Below are positions 43,901-58,153 of a DNA stretch of 64,000 nt, one piece after another. Each line of letters opens with the position of its first letter. Positions within the stretch are counted from its first letter, which is position 1. The position numbers were made by a program, and so were the translations under genes. Source of the DNA: Eledone cirrhosa (lineage: Eukaryota); the NCBI GenBank assembly GCA_964016885.1, contig OZ024741.1, positions 411,060,001 to 411,124,000 on the forward strand, in the 5' to 3' direction. Under the pieces are notes generated by a model. The model ran no database searches, was not told the origin of the DNA, and was given only the letters and a program-made list of their open reading frames with translations.

Positions 43901-46900
43901 ACAGTGTGGACTGGGTGTTTTTTGTCATGACATCTACATGACCACTCTACAGTGTGGACAGGGTGTTTTTTGTCATGACATCTACATGACCACTCTACAG
44001 TGTGGACTGGGTGTTTTTTGTCATGACATCTACATGACCACTCTACAGTGTGGACTGGGTGTTTTTTGTCATGACATCTACATGACCACTCTACAGTGTG
44101 GACTGGGTGTTTTTTGTCATGACATCTACATGACCACTCTACAGTGTGGACTGGGTGTTTTTTGTCATGACATCTACATGACCACTCTACAGTGTGGACT
44201 GTGTGTTTTTTGTCATGACACCTACATGACCACTCTACAGTGTGGACTGGGTGTTTTTTGTCATGACATCTACATGACCACTCTACAGTGTGGACTGGGT
44301 GTTTTTTGTCATGACATCTACATGACCACTCTACAGTGTGGACTGGGTGTTTTTTGTCATGACATCTACATGACCACTCTACAGTGTGGACTGGGTGTTT
44401 TTTGTCATGACATCTACATGACCACTCTACAGTGTGGACTGGGTGTTTTTTGTCATGACATCTACATGACCACTCTACAGTGTGGACTGGGTGTTTTTTG
44501 TCATGACACCTACATGACCACTCTACAGTGTGGACTGGGTGTTTTTTGTCATGACACCTACATGACCACTCTACAGTGTGGACTGGGTGTTTTTTGTCAT
44601 GACATCTACATGACCACTCTACAGTGTGGACTGGGTGTTTTTTGTCATGACATCTACATGACCACTCTACAGTGTGGACTGGGTGTTTTTTGTCATGACA
44701 TCTACATGACCACTCTACAGTGTGGACTGAGTGTTTTTTGTCATGACATCTACATGACCACTCTACAGTGTGGACTGGGTGTTTTTTGTCATGACATCTA
44801 CATGACCACTCTACAGTGTGGACTGGGTGTTTTTTGTCATGACATCTACATGACCACTCTACAGTGTGGAGTGGGTGTTTTTTGTCATGACATCTACATG
44901 ACCACTCTACAGTGTGGACAGGGTGTTTTTTGTCATGACATCTACATGACCACTCTACAGTGTAGACTGGGTGTTTTTTGTCATGACATCTACATGACCA
45001 CTCTACAGTGTGGACTGGGTGTTTTTTGTCATGACATCTACATGACCACTCTACAGTGTGGACTGGGTGTTTTTTGTCATGACATCTACATGACCACTCT
45101 ACAGTGTGGACTGGGTGTTTTTTGTCATGACATCTACATGACCACTCTACAGTGTGGACTGGGTGTTTTTTGTCATGACATCTACATGACCACTCTACAG
45201 TGTGGACTGGGTGTTTTTTGTCATGACATCTACATGACCACTCTACAGTGTGGACTGTGTGTTTTTTGTCATGACACCTACATGACCACTCTACAGTGTG
45301 GACTGGGTGTTTTTTGTCATGACATCTACATGACCACTCTACAGTGTGGACTGGGTGTTTTTTGTCATGACATCTACATGACCACTCTACAGTGTGGACT
45401 GGGTGTTTTTTGTCATGACATCTACATGACCACTCTACAGTGTGGACTGGGTGTTTTTTGTCATGACATCTACATGACCACTCTACAGTGTAGACTGGGT
45501 GTTTTTTGTCATGACATCTACATGACCACTCTACAGTGTGGACTGGGTGTTTTTTGTCATGACACCTACATGACCACTCTACAGTGTGGACTGGGTGTTT
45601 TTTGTCATGACATCTACATGACCACTCTACAGTGTGGACAGGGTGTTTTTTGTCATGACATCTACATGACCACTCTACAGTGTGGACTGGGTGTTTTTTG
45701 TCATGACATCTACATGACCACTCTACAGTGTGGACTGGGTGTTTTTTGTCATGACATCTACATGACCACTCTACAGTGTGGACTGGGTGTTTTTTGTCAT
45801 GACATCTACATGACCACTCTACAGTGTGGACAGGGTGTTTTTTGTCATGACATCTACATGACCACTCTACAGTGTAGACTGGGTGTTTTTTGTCATGACA
45901 TCTACATGACCACTCTACAGTGTGGACTGGGTGTTTTTTGTCATGACATCTACATGACCACTCTACAGTGTGGACTGGGTGTTTTTTGTCATGACATCTA
46001 CATGACCACTCTACAGTGTGGACAGGGTGTTTTTTGTCATGACATCTACATGACCACTCTACAGTGTGGACTGGGTGTTTTTTGTCATGACATCTACATG
46101 ACCACTCTACAGTGTGGACAGGGTGTTTTTTGTCATGACATCTACATGACCACTCTACAGTGTGGACTGGGTGTTTTTTGTCATGACATCTACATGACCA
46201 CTCTACAGTGTGGACTGGGTTTTTTTGTCATGACATCTACATGACCACTCTACAGTGTGGACTGGGTGTTTTTTGTCATGACATCTACATGACCACTCTA
46301 CAGTGTGGACAGGGTGTTTTTTGTCATGACATCTACATGACCACTCTACAGTGTGGACTGGGTGTTTTTTGTCATGACATCTACATGACCACTCTACAGT
46401 GTGGACAGGGTGTTTTTTGTCATGACATCTACATGACCACTCTACAGTGTGGACTGGGTGTTTTTTGTCATGACATCTACATGACCACTCTACAGTGTGG
46501 ACTGGGTGTTTTTTGTCATGACATCTACATGACCACTCTACAGTGTGGACTGGGTGTTTTTTGTCATGACATCTACATGACCACTCTACAGTGTGGACTG
46601 GGTGTTTTTTGTCATGACATCTACATGACCACTCTACAGTGTGGACTGTGTGTTTTTTGTCATGACACCTACATGACCACTCTACAGTGTGGACTGGGTG
46701 TTTTTTGTCATGACATCTACATGACCACTCTACAGTGTGGACTGGGTGTTTTTTGTCATGACATCTACATGACCACTCTACAGTGTGGACTGGGTGTTTT
46801 TTGTCATGACATCTACATGACCACTCTACAGTGTGGACTGGGTGTTTTTTGTCATGACATCTACATGACCACTCTACAGTGTGGACTGGGTGTTTTTTGT

Positions 46901-49900
46901 CATGACATCTACATGACCACTCTACAGTGTGGACTGGGTGTTTTTTGTCATGACACCTACATGACCACTCTACAGTGTGGACTGGGTGTTTTTTGTCATG
47001 ACACCTACATGACCACTCTACAGTGTGGACTGGGTGTTTTTTGTCATGACATCTACATGACCACTCTACAGTGTGGACTGGGTGTTTTTTGTCATGACAT
47101 CTACATGACCACTCTACAGTGTGGACTGGGTGTTTTTTGTCATGACATCTACATGACCACTCTACAGTGTGGACTGAGTGTTTTTTGTCATGACATCTAC
47201 ATGACCACTCTACAGTGTGGACTGGGTTTTTTTGTCATGACATCTACATGACCACTCTACAGTGTGGACTGGGTGTTTTTTGTCATGACATCTACATGAC
47301 CACTCTACAGTGTGGACAGGGTGTTTTTTGTCATGACATCTACATGACCACTCTACAGTGTGGACTGGGTGTTTTTTGTCATGACACCCACATGACCACT
47401 CTACAGTGTGGACTGGGTGTTTTTTGTCATGACATCTACATGACCACTCTACAGTGTGGACTGAGTGTTTTTTGTCATGACATCTACATGACCACTCTAC
47501 AGTGTGGACTGGGTGTTTTTTGTCATGACATCTACATGACCACTCTACAGTGTGGACTGGGTGTTTTTTGTCATGACACCTACATGACCACTCTACAGTG
47601 TGGACTGGGTGTTTTTTGTCATGACACCTACATGACCACTCTTGTGTGTAGACTGGGTGTTTTTTGTCATGACATCTACATGACCACTCTACAGTGTGGA
47701 CTGAGTGTTTTTTGTCATGACATCTACATGACCACTCTACAGTGTGGACAGGGTGTTTTTTGTCATGACATCTACATGACCACTCTACAGTGTGGACTGG
47801 GTGTTTTTTGTCATAACATCTACATGACCACTCTACAGTGTGGACTGGGTGTTTTTTGTCATGACATCTACATGACCACTCTACAGTGTGGACTGAGTGT
47901 TTTTTGTCATGACATCTACATGACCACTCTACAGTGTGGACTGGGTGTTTTTTGTCATGACATCTACATGACCACTCTACAGTGTGGACTGAGTGTTTTT
48001 TGTCATGACATCTACATCACCACTCTACAGTGTGGACTGGGTGTTTTTTGTCATGACATCTACATGACCACTCTACAGTGTGGACTGGGTGTTTTTTGTC
48101 ATGACATCTACATGACCACTCTACAGTGTGGACTGGGTGTTTTTTGTCATGACATCTACATGACCACTCTACAGTGTGGACTGGGTGTTTTTTGTCATGA
48201 CATCTACATGACCACTCTACAGTGTGGACTGGGTGTTTTTTGTCATGACATCTACATGACCACTCTACAGTGTGGACTGGGTGTTTTTTGTCATGACATC
48301 TACATGACCACTCTACAGTGTGGACTGGGTGTTTTTTGTCATGACATCTACATGACCACTCTACAGTATGGACTGGGTGTTTTTTTGTCATGACATCTAC
48401 ATGACCACTCTACAGTGTGGACTGGGTGTTTTTTGTCATGACATCTACATGACCACTCTACAGTGTGGACAGGGTGTTTTTTGTCATGACATCTACATGA
48501 CCACTCTACAGTGTGGACAGGGTGTTTTTTGTCATGACATCTACATGACCACTCTACAGTGTGGACTGGGTGTTTTTTGTCATGACATCTACATGACCAC
48601 TCTACAGTGTGGACTGGGTGTTTTTTGTCATGACACCTACATGACCACTCTACAGTGTGGACTGGGTGTTTTTTGTCATGACATCTACATGACCACTCTA
48701 CAGTGTGGACTGGGTGTTTTTTGTCATGACATCTACATGACCACTCTACAGTGTGGACTGGGTTGTTTTTTGTCATAACATCTACATGACCACTCTACAG
48801 TGTGGACTGGGTGTTTTTTTGTCATGACATCTACATGACCACTCTACAGTGTGGACTGGGTGTTTTTTGTCATGACATCTACATGACCACTCTTGTGTGT
48901 GGACTGGGTGTTTTTTGTCATGACATCTACATGACCACTCTACAGTGTGGACTGGGTGTTTTTTGTCATGACATCTACATGACCACTCTACAGTGTGGAC
49001 TGGGTGTTTTTTGTCATGACATCTACATGACCACTCTACAGTGTGGACTGGGTGTTTTTTGTCATGACATCTACATGACCACTCTACAGTGTGGACTGGG
49101 TGTTTTTTGTCATGACACCTACATGACCACTCTACAGTGTGGACTGGGTTGTTTTTTGTCATAACATCTACATGACCACTCTACAGTGTGGACTGGGTGT
49201 TTTTTTGTCATGACATCTACATGACCACTCTACAGTGTGGACTGGGTGTTTTTTGTCATGACATCTACATGACCACTCTTGTGTGTGGACTGGGTGTTTT
49301 TTGTCATGACATCTACATGACCACTCTACAGTGTGGACTGGGTGTTTTTTGTCATGACATCTACATGACCACTCTACAGTGTGGACTGGGTGTTTTTTGT
49401 CATGACATCTACATGACCACTCTACAGTGTGGACTGGGTGTTTTTTGTCATGACACCTACATGACCACTCTACAGTGTGGACTGGGTTGTTTTTTGTCAT
49501 AACATCTACATGACCACTCTACAGTGTGGACTGGGTGTTTTTTGTCATGACATCTACATGACCACTCTACAGTGTGGACTGGGTGTTTTTTGTCATGACA
49601 TCTACATGACCACTCTACAGTGTGGACTGGGTGTTTTTTGTCATGACATCTACATGACCACTCTACAGTATGGACTGGGTGTTTTTTTGTCATGACATCT
49701 ACATGACCACTCTACAGTGTGGACTGGGTGTTTTTTGTCATGACATCTACATGACCACTCTACAGTGTGGACAGGGTGTTTTTTGTCATGACATCTACAT
49801 GACCACTCTACAGTGTGGACAGGGTGTTTTTTGTCATGACATCTACATGACCACTCTACAGTGTGGACTGGGTGTTTTTTCTCATGACATCTACATGACC

Positions 49901-52900
49901 ACTCTACAGTGTGGACTGGGTGTTTTTTGTCATGACATCTACATGACCACTCTACAGTGTGGACTGGGTGTTTTTTGTCATGACATCTACATGACCACTC
50001 TACAGTGTGGACTGGGTGTTTTTTGTCATGACACCTACATGACCACTCTACAGTGTGGACTGGGTTGTTTTTTGTCATAACATCTACATGACCACTCTAC
50101 AGTGTGGACTGGGTGTTTTTTGTCATGACATCTACATGACCACTCTACAGTGTGGACTGGGTGTTTTTTGTCATGACATCTACATGACCACTCTACAGTG
50201 TGGACTGGGTGTTTTTTGTCATGACACCTACATGACCACTCTACAGTGTAGACTGGGTGTTTTTTGTCATGACATCTACATGACCACTCTACAGTGTGGA
50301 CTGGGTGTTTTTTGTCATGACATCTACATGACCACTCTACAGTGTGGACTGGGTGTTTTTTGTCATGACGCCTACATGACCACTCTACAGTGTGGACTGG
50401 GTTGTTTTTTGTCATAACATCTACATGACCACTCTACAGTGTGGACTGGGTGTTTTTTGTCATGACATCTACATGACCACTCTACAGTGTGGACTGGGTG
50501 TTTTTTGTCATGACATCTACATGACCACTCTACAGTGTGGACTGGGTGTTTTTTGTCATGACACCCACATGACCACTCTACAGTGTGGACTGGGTGTTTT
50601 TTGTCATGACATCTACATGACCACTCTACAGTGTGGACTGAGTGTTTTTTGTCATGACATCTACATGACCACTCTACAGTGTGGACTGGGTTGTTTTTTG
50701 TCATAACATCTACATGACCACTCTACAGTGTGGACTGGGTGTTTTTTGTCATGACATCTACATGACCACTCTACAGTGTGGACTGGGTGTTTTTTGTCAT
50801 GACATCTACATGACCACTCTACAGTGTGGACTGGGTGTTTTTTGTCATGACATCTACATGACCACTCTACAGTGTGGACTGGGTGTTTTTTGTCATGACA
50901 TCTACATGACCACTCTACAGTGTGGACTGGGTGTTTTTTGTCATGACATCTACATGACCACTCTACAGTGTGGACTGGGTGTTTTTTGTCATGACACCTA
51001 CGTGACCACTCTACAGTGTGGACAGGGTGTTTTTTATCATGACATCTACATGACCACTCTACAGTGTGGACTGGGTGTTTTTTGTCATGACATCTACATG
51101 ACCACTCTACAGTGTGGACTGGGTGTTTTTTGTCATGACATCTACATGACCACTCTACAGTGTGGACTGGGTGTTTTTTGTCATGACATCTACATGACCA
51201 CTCTACAGTGTGGACTGTGTGTTTTTTGTCATGACACCTACATGACCACTCTACAGTGTGGACTGGGTGTTTTTTGTCATGACATCTACATGACCACTCT
51301 ACAGTGTGGACTGGGTGTTTTTTGTCATGACATCTACATGACCACTCTACAGTGTGGACTGGGTGTTTTTTGTCATGACACCTACATGACCACTCTACAG
51401 TGTGGACTGGGTGTTTTTTGTCATGACACCTACATGACCACTCTACAGTGTGGACTGGGTGTTTTTTGTCATGACATCTACATGACCACTCTACAGTGTA
51501 GACTGGGTGTTTTTTGTCATGACATCTACATGACCACTCTACAGTGTGGACTGGGTGTTTTTTGTCATGACATCTACATGACCACTCTACAGTGTGGACT
51601 GGGTGTTTTTTGTCATGACATCTACATGACCACTCTACAGTGTGGACAGGGTGTTTTTTGTCATGACATCTACATGACCACTCTACAGTGTGGACTGGGT
51701 GTTTTTTGTCATGACATCTACATGACCACTCTACAGTGTGGACAGGGTGTTTTTTGTCATGACATCTACATGACCACTCTACAGTGTGGACTGGGTGTTT
51801 TTTGTCATGACATCTACATGACCACTCTACAGTGTAGACTGGGTGTTTTTTGTCATGACATCTACATGACCACTCTACAGTGTGGACTGGGTGTTTTTTG
51901 TCATGACATCTACATGACCACTCTACAGTGTGGACTGGGTGTTTTTTGTCATGACATCTACATGACCACTCTACAGTGTGAACAGGGTGTTTTTTGTCAT
52001 GACATCTACATGACCACTCTACAGTGTGGACTGGGTGTTTTTTGTCATGACATCTACATGACCACTCTACAGTGTGGACAGGGTGTTTTTTGTCATGACA
52101 TCTACATGACCACTCTACAGTGTGGACTGGGTGTTTTTTGTCATGACATCTACATGACCACTCTACAGTGTGGACTGGGTTTTTTTGTCATGACATCTAC
52201 ATGACCACTCTACAGTGTGGACTGGGTGTTTTTTGTCATGACATCTACATGACCACTCTACAGTGTGGACAGGGTGTTTTTTGTCATGACATCTACATGA
52301 CCACTCTACAGTGTGGACTGGGTGTTTTTTGTCATGACATCTACATGACCACTCTACAGTGTGGACAGGGTGTTTTTTGTCATGACATCTACATGACCAC
52401 TCTACAGTGTGGACTGGGTGTTTTTTGTCATGACATCTACATGACCACTCTACAGTGTGGACTGGGTGTTTTTTGTCATGACATCTACATGACCACTCTA
52501 CAGTGTGGACTGGGTGTTTTTTGTCATGACATCTACATGACCACTCTACAGTGTGGACTGGGTGTTTTTTGTCATGACATCTACATGACCACTCTACAGT
52601 GTGGACTGTGTGTTTTTTGTCATGACACCTACATGACCACTCTACAGTGTGGACTGGGTGTTTTTTGTCATGACATCTACATGACCACTCTACAGTGTGG
52701 ACTGGGTGTTTTTTGTCATGACATCTACATGACCACTCTACAGTGTGGACTGGGTGTTTTTTGTCATGACATCTACATGACCACTCTACAGTGTGGACTG
52801 GGTGTTTTTTGTCATGACATCTACATGACCACTCTACAGTGTGGACTGGGTGTTTTTTGTCATGACATCTACATGACCACTCTACAGTGTGGACTGGGTG

Positions 52901-55900
52901 TTTTTTGTCATGACACCTACATGACCACTCTACAGTGTGGACTGGGTGTTTTTTGTCATGACACCTACATGACCACTCTACAGTGTGGACTGGGTGTTTT
53001 TTGTCATGACATCTACATGACCACTCTACAGTGTGGACTGGGTGTTTTTTGTCATGACATCTACATGACCACTCTACAGTGTGGACTGGGTGTTTTTTGT
53101 CATGACATCTACATGACCACTCTACAGTGTGGACTGAGTGTTTTTTGTCATGACATCTACATGACCACTCTACAGTGTGGACTGGGTTTTTTTGTCATGA
53201 CATCTACATGACCACTCTACAGTGTGGACTGGGTGTTTTTTGTCATGACATCTACATGACCACTCTACAGTGTGGACAGGGTGTTTTTTGTCATGACATC
53301 TACATGACCACTCTACAGTGTGGACTGGGTGTTTTTTGTCATGACACCCACATGACCACTCTACAGTGTGGACTGGGTGTTTTTTGTCATGACATCTACA
53401 TGACCACTCTACAGTGTGGACTGAGTGTTTTTTGTCATGACATCTACATGACCACTCTACAGTGTGGACTGGGTGTTTTTTGTCATGACATCTACATGAC
53501 CACTCTACAGTGTGGACTGGGTGTTTTTTGTCATGACACCTACATGACCACTCTACAGTGTGGACTGGGTGTTTTTTGTCATGACACCTACATGACCACT
53601 CTTGTGTGTAGACTGGGTGTTTTTTGTCATGACATCTACATGACCACTCTACAGTGTGGACTGAGTGTTTTTTGTCATGACATCTACATGACCACTCTAC
53701 AGTGTGGACTGGGTGTTTTTTGTCATAACATCTACATGACCACTCTACAGTGTGGACTGGGTGTTTTTTGTCATGACATCTACATGACCACTCTACAGTG
53801 TGGACTGAGTGTTTTTTGTCATGACATCTACATGACCACTCTACAGTGTGGACTGGGTGTTTTTTGTCATGACATCTACATGACCACTCTACAGTGTGGA
53901 CTGGGTGTTTTTTGTCATGACATCTACATCACCACTCTACAGTGTGGACTGGGTGTTTTTTGTCATGACATCTACATGACCACTCTACAGTGTGGACTGG
54001 GTGTTTTTTGTCATGACATCTACATGACCACTCTACAGTGTGGACTGGGTGTTTTTTGTCATGACATCTACATGACCACTCTACAGTGTGGACTGGGTGT
54101 TTTTTGTCATGACATCTACATGACCACTCTACAGTGTGGACTGGGTGTTTTTTGTCATGACATCTACATGACCACTCTACAGTGTGGACTGGGTGTTTTT
54201 TGTCATGACATCTACATGACCACTCTACAGTGTGGACTGGGTGTTTTTTGTCATGACATCTACATGACCACTCTACAGTATGGACTGGGTGTTTTTTTGT
54301 CATGACATCTACATGACCACTCTACAGTGTGGACTGGGTGTTTTTTGTCATGACATCTACATGACCACTCTACAGTGTGGACAGGGTGTTTTTTGTCATG
54401 ACATCTACATGACCACTCTACAGTGTGGACAGGGTGTTTTTTGTCATGACATCTACATGACCACTCTACAGTGTGGACTGGGTGTTTTTTGTCATGACAT
54501 CTACATGACCACTCTACAGTGTGGACTGGGTGTTTTTTGTCATGACACCTACATGACCACTCTACAGTGTGGACTGGGTGTTTTTTGTCATGACATCTAC
54601 ATGACCACTCTACAGTGTGGACTGGGTGTTTTTTGTCATGACATCTACATGACCACTCTACAGTGTGGACTGGGTTGTTTTTTGTCATAACATCTACATG
54701 ACCACTCTACAGTGTGGACTGGGTGTTTTTTTGTCATGACATCTACATGACCACTCTACAGTGTGGACTGGGTGTTTTTTGTCATGACATCTACATGACC
54801 ACTCTTGTGTGTGGACTGGGTGTTTTTTGTCATGACATCTACATGACCACTCTACAGTGTGGACTGGGTGTTTTTTGTCATGACATCTACATGACCACTC
54901 TACAGTGTGGACTGGGTGTTTTTTGTCATGACATCTACATGACCACTCTACAGTGTGGACTGGGTGTTTTTTGTCATGACATCTACATGACCACTCTACA
55001 GTGTGGACTGGGTGTTTTTTGTCATGACACCTACATGACCACTCTACAGTGTGGACTGGGTTGTTTTTTGTCATAACATCTACATGACCACTCTACAGTG
55101 TGGACTGGGTGTTTTTTTGTCATGACATCTACATGACCACTCTACAGTGTGGACTGGGTGTTTTTTGTCATGACATCTACATGACCACTCTTGTGTGTGG
55201 ACTGGGTGTTTTTTGTCATGACATCTACATGACCACTCTACAGTGTGGACTGGGTGTTTTTTGTCATGACATCTACATGACCACTCTACAGTGTGGACTG
55301 GGTGTTTTTTGTCATGACATCTACATGACCACTCTACAGTGTGGACTGGGTGTTTTTTGTCATGACACCTACATGACCACTCTACAGTGTGGACTGGGTT
55401 GTTTTTTGTCATAACATCTACATGACCACTCTACAGTGTGGACTGGGTGTTTTTTGTCATGACATCTACATGACCACTCTACAGTGTGGACTGGGTGTTT
55501 TTTGTCATGACATCTACATGACCACTCTACAGTGTGGACTGGGTGTTTTTTGTCATGACATCTACATGACCACTCTACAGTATGGACTGGGTGTTTTTTT
55601 GTCATGACATCTACATGACCACTCTACAGTGTGGACTGGGTGTTTTTTGTCATGACATCTACATGACCACTCTACAGTGTGGACAGGGTGTTTTTTGTCA
55701 TGACATCTACATGACCACTCTACAGTGTGGACAGGGTGTTTTTTGTCATGACATCTACATGACCACTCTACAGTGTGGACTGGGTGTTTTTTGTCATGAC
55801 ATCTACATGACCACTCTACAGTGTGGACTGGGTGTTTTTTGTCATGACATCTACATGACCACTCTACAGTGTGGACTGGGTGTTTTTTGTCATGACATCT

Positions 55901-57081
55901 ACATGACCACTCTACAGTGTGGACTGGGTGTTTTTTGTCATGACACCTACATGACCACTCTACAGTGTGGACTGGGTTGTTTTTTGTCATAACATCTACA
56001 TGACCACTCTACAGTGTGGACTGGGTGTTTTTTGTCATGACATCTACATGACCACTCTACAGTGTGGACTGGGTGTTTTTTGTCATGACATCTACATGAC
56101 CACTCTACAGTGTGGACTGGGTGTTTTTTGTCATGACACCTACATGACCACTCTACAGTGTAGACTGGGTGTTTTTTGTCATGACATCTACATGACCACT
56201 CTACAGTGTGGACTGGGTGTTTTTTGTCATGACATCTACATGACCACTCTACAGTGTGGACTGGGTGTTTTTTGTCATGACACCTACATGACCACTCTAC
56301 AGTGTGGACTGGGTTGTTTTTTGTCATAACATCTACATGACCACTCTACAGTGTGGACTGGGTGTTTTTTGTCATGACATCTACATGACCACTCTACAGT
56401 GTGGACTGGGTGTTTTTTGTCATGACATCTACATGACCACTCTACAGTGTGGACTGGGTGTTTTTTGTCATGACACCCACATGACCACTCTACAGTGTGG
56501 ACTGGGTGTTTTTTGTCATGACATCTACATGACCACTCTACAGTGTGGACTGAGAGTTTTTTGTCATGACATCTACATCACCACTCTACAGTGTGGACTG
56601 GGTGTTTTTTGTCATGACATCTACATGACCACTCTACAGTGTGGACTGGGTGTTTTTTGTCATGACATCTACATGACCACTCTACAGTGTGGACTGGGTG
56701 TTTTTTGTCATGACATCTACATGACCACTCTACAGTGTGGACTGGGTGTTTTTTGTCATGACATCTACATGACCACTCTACAGTGTGGACTGGGTGTTTT
56801 TTGTCATGACACCTACATGACCACTCTACAGTGTGGACTGGGTGTTTTTTGTCATGACACCTACATGACCACTCTACAGTGTAGACTGGGTGTTTTTTGT
56901 CATGACATCTACATGACCACTCTACAGTGTGGACTGGGTGTTTTTTGTCATGAAACCTACATGACCACTCTACAGTGTGGACTGGGTGTTTTTTGTCAAG
57001 ACACCTACATGACCACTCTACAGTGTGGACTGGGTGTTTTTTGTCAAGACACCTAGGCGACCACTTTATGGTGTGGGTTGG
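22927..57081. repeat. 48-bp satellite array (~710 copies, ~34.1 kb) filling a single CDC23 intron (22661-57347)
   Basis: Consensus atgaccactctacagtgtggactgggtgttttttgtcatgacatctac with period 48, highly homogeneous, with diverged units at both edges. Confidence 0.98.
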
Positions 57082-57119
57082 GGACAAGAAGTATGACATT
57101 ATACTGGAGAGTAGCTCTC

Positions 57120-57158
57120 TAACCCATGAATACATGGAACAGTAGACGATGATGATGA
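57120..57158 (+). mobile_element. 3' tail fragment of the same SINE-like element (taacccatgaatacatggaacagtagacgatgatgatg)
   Basis: Aligns with the reverse complement of 22774-22820 (taacccatgctagcatggaaaatgga...gatgatgatg). Confidence 0.6.
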
Positions 57159-57328
57159 CAATGATAATGATGATGGTGGTGATGATAACGATGGTGGTGG
57201 TGATAATGAAGATGATGGTGATGGTGGTGATAATGAAGATGATGGTGGTGGTGGTGGTGGTGGTGATAATGAAGATGGTGGTGGTGGTGGTGATAATGAA
57301 GATGGTGGTGGTGGTGATAATGAAGATG
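57148..57328. repeat. Compound (GAT/GGT)n microsatellite with a gataatgaagatggtggtg sub-unit
   Basis: Read directly. Confidence 0.9.
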
Positions 57329-57347
57329 TATATTTATATAAACTCAC

Positions 57348-57429
57348 CAATAACACAACAAGTTTCAACCCGATATTTATCAATTTCACAGACACTGTGG
57401 GCTAAATAAGCTAACTCCACACGGTTTTC
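57348..57429 (-). CDS. CDC23: CDC23/APC8 internal coding exon (82 bp): ENRVELAYLAHSVCEIDKYRVETCCVI
   Basis: Acceptor tttgcag, donor gtgagt, phase 0/1. Matches recalled human SMKSELSYLAHNLCEIDKYRVETCCVI. Not shown in the ORF track. Confidence 0.96.
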
Positions 57430-57482
57430 CTGCAAATAACCGCAACAACACATATTTAGCGAAAATTATGACACATTTGAAA

Positions 57483-58153
57483 AACAAAGAATTGTTAGAT
57501 TAGATTATAACAAAGGATTGTTAGGTTAGATTATAACAAAGAATTGTTAGGTTAGATTATAACAAAGGATTGTTAGATTAGATTATAACAAAGAATTGTT
57601 AGGTTAGATTATAACAAAGGATTGTTAGGTTAGATTATAACAAAGAATTGTTAGGTTAGATTATAACAAAGGATTGTTAGGTTAGATTATAACAAAGAAT
57701 TGTTAGGTTAGATTATAGCAAAGAATTGTTAGGTTAGATTATAACAAAGAATTGTTAGGTTAGATTATAACAAAGGATTGTTAGATTAGATTATAACAAA
57801 GAATTGTTAGGTTAGATTATAACAAAGAATTGTTAGGTTAGATTATAACAAAGGATTGTTAGATTAGATTATAACAAAGGATTGTTAGGTTAGATTATAA
57901 CAAAGAATTGTCAGGTTAGATTATAACAAAGGATTGTTAGATTAGATTATAACAAAGGATTGTTAGATTAGATTATAACAAAGGATTGTTAGGTTAGATT
58001 ATAACAAAGAATTGTTAGGTTAGATTATAACAAAGAATTGTTAGGTTAGATTATAACAAAGAATTGTTAGGTTAGATTATAACAAAGAATTGTTAGGTTA
58101 GATTATAACAAAGAATTGTTAGGTTAGATTATAACAAAGAATTGTTAGATTAT
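57483..58153. repeat. 26-bp minisatellite aacaaag(a/g)attgttag(g/a)ttagattat, ~26 copies
   Basis: Read directly, period 26. Confidence 0.95.

Noticed and set aside
1-57081. CRISPR-like arrays
   Set aside because: Units are head-to-tail with no unique spacers, there are no cas genes, and the context is a spliced eukaryotic gene.
22927-57081. Recursive-splicing AG|GT sites in gacacctac variant monomers (taggtg on the sense strand)
   Set aside because: There is no polypyrimidine tract upstream and the donor consensus is poor.
1-57081. Centromeric identity of the arrays
   Set aside because: The arrays are tens of kb, intronic and interleaved with intact exons. Nothing in the sequence supports centromere function.
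23021-57135. Very long ORFs of (MTTLQCGLGVFCHDIY)n on + and (HDKKHPVHTVEWSCRC)n on -, superficially Cys/His metal-binding repeat proteins
   Set aside because: The 48-bp period is divisible by 3, so any stop-free frame stays open. There are dozens of frameshifts and stops, mostly non-synonymous variants and no unique termini. The array lies in a CDC23 intron whose flanking exons already join in phase.
57483-58153. Telomere-like motifs (ttaggttag in the 26-mer, taaccct in the 49-mer)
   Set aside because: They are isolated motifs within longer units, not tandem TTAGG or TTAGGG tracts.
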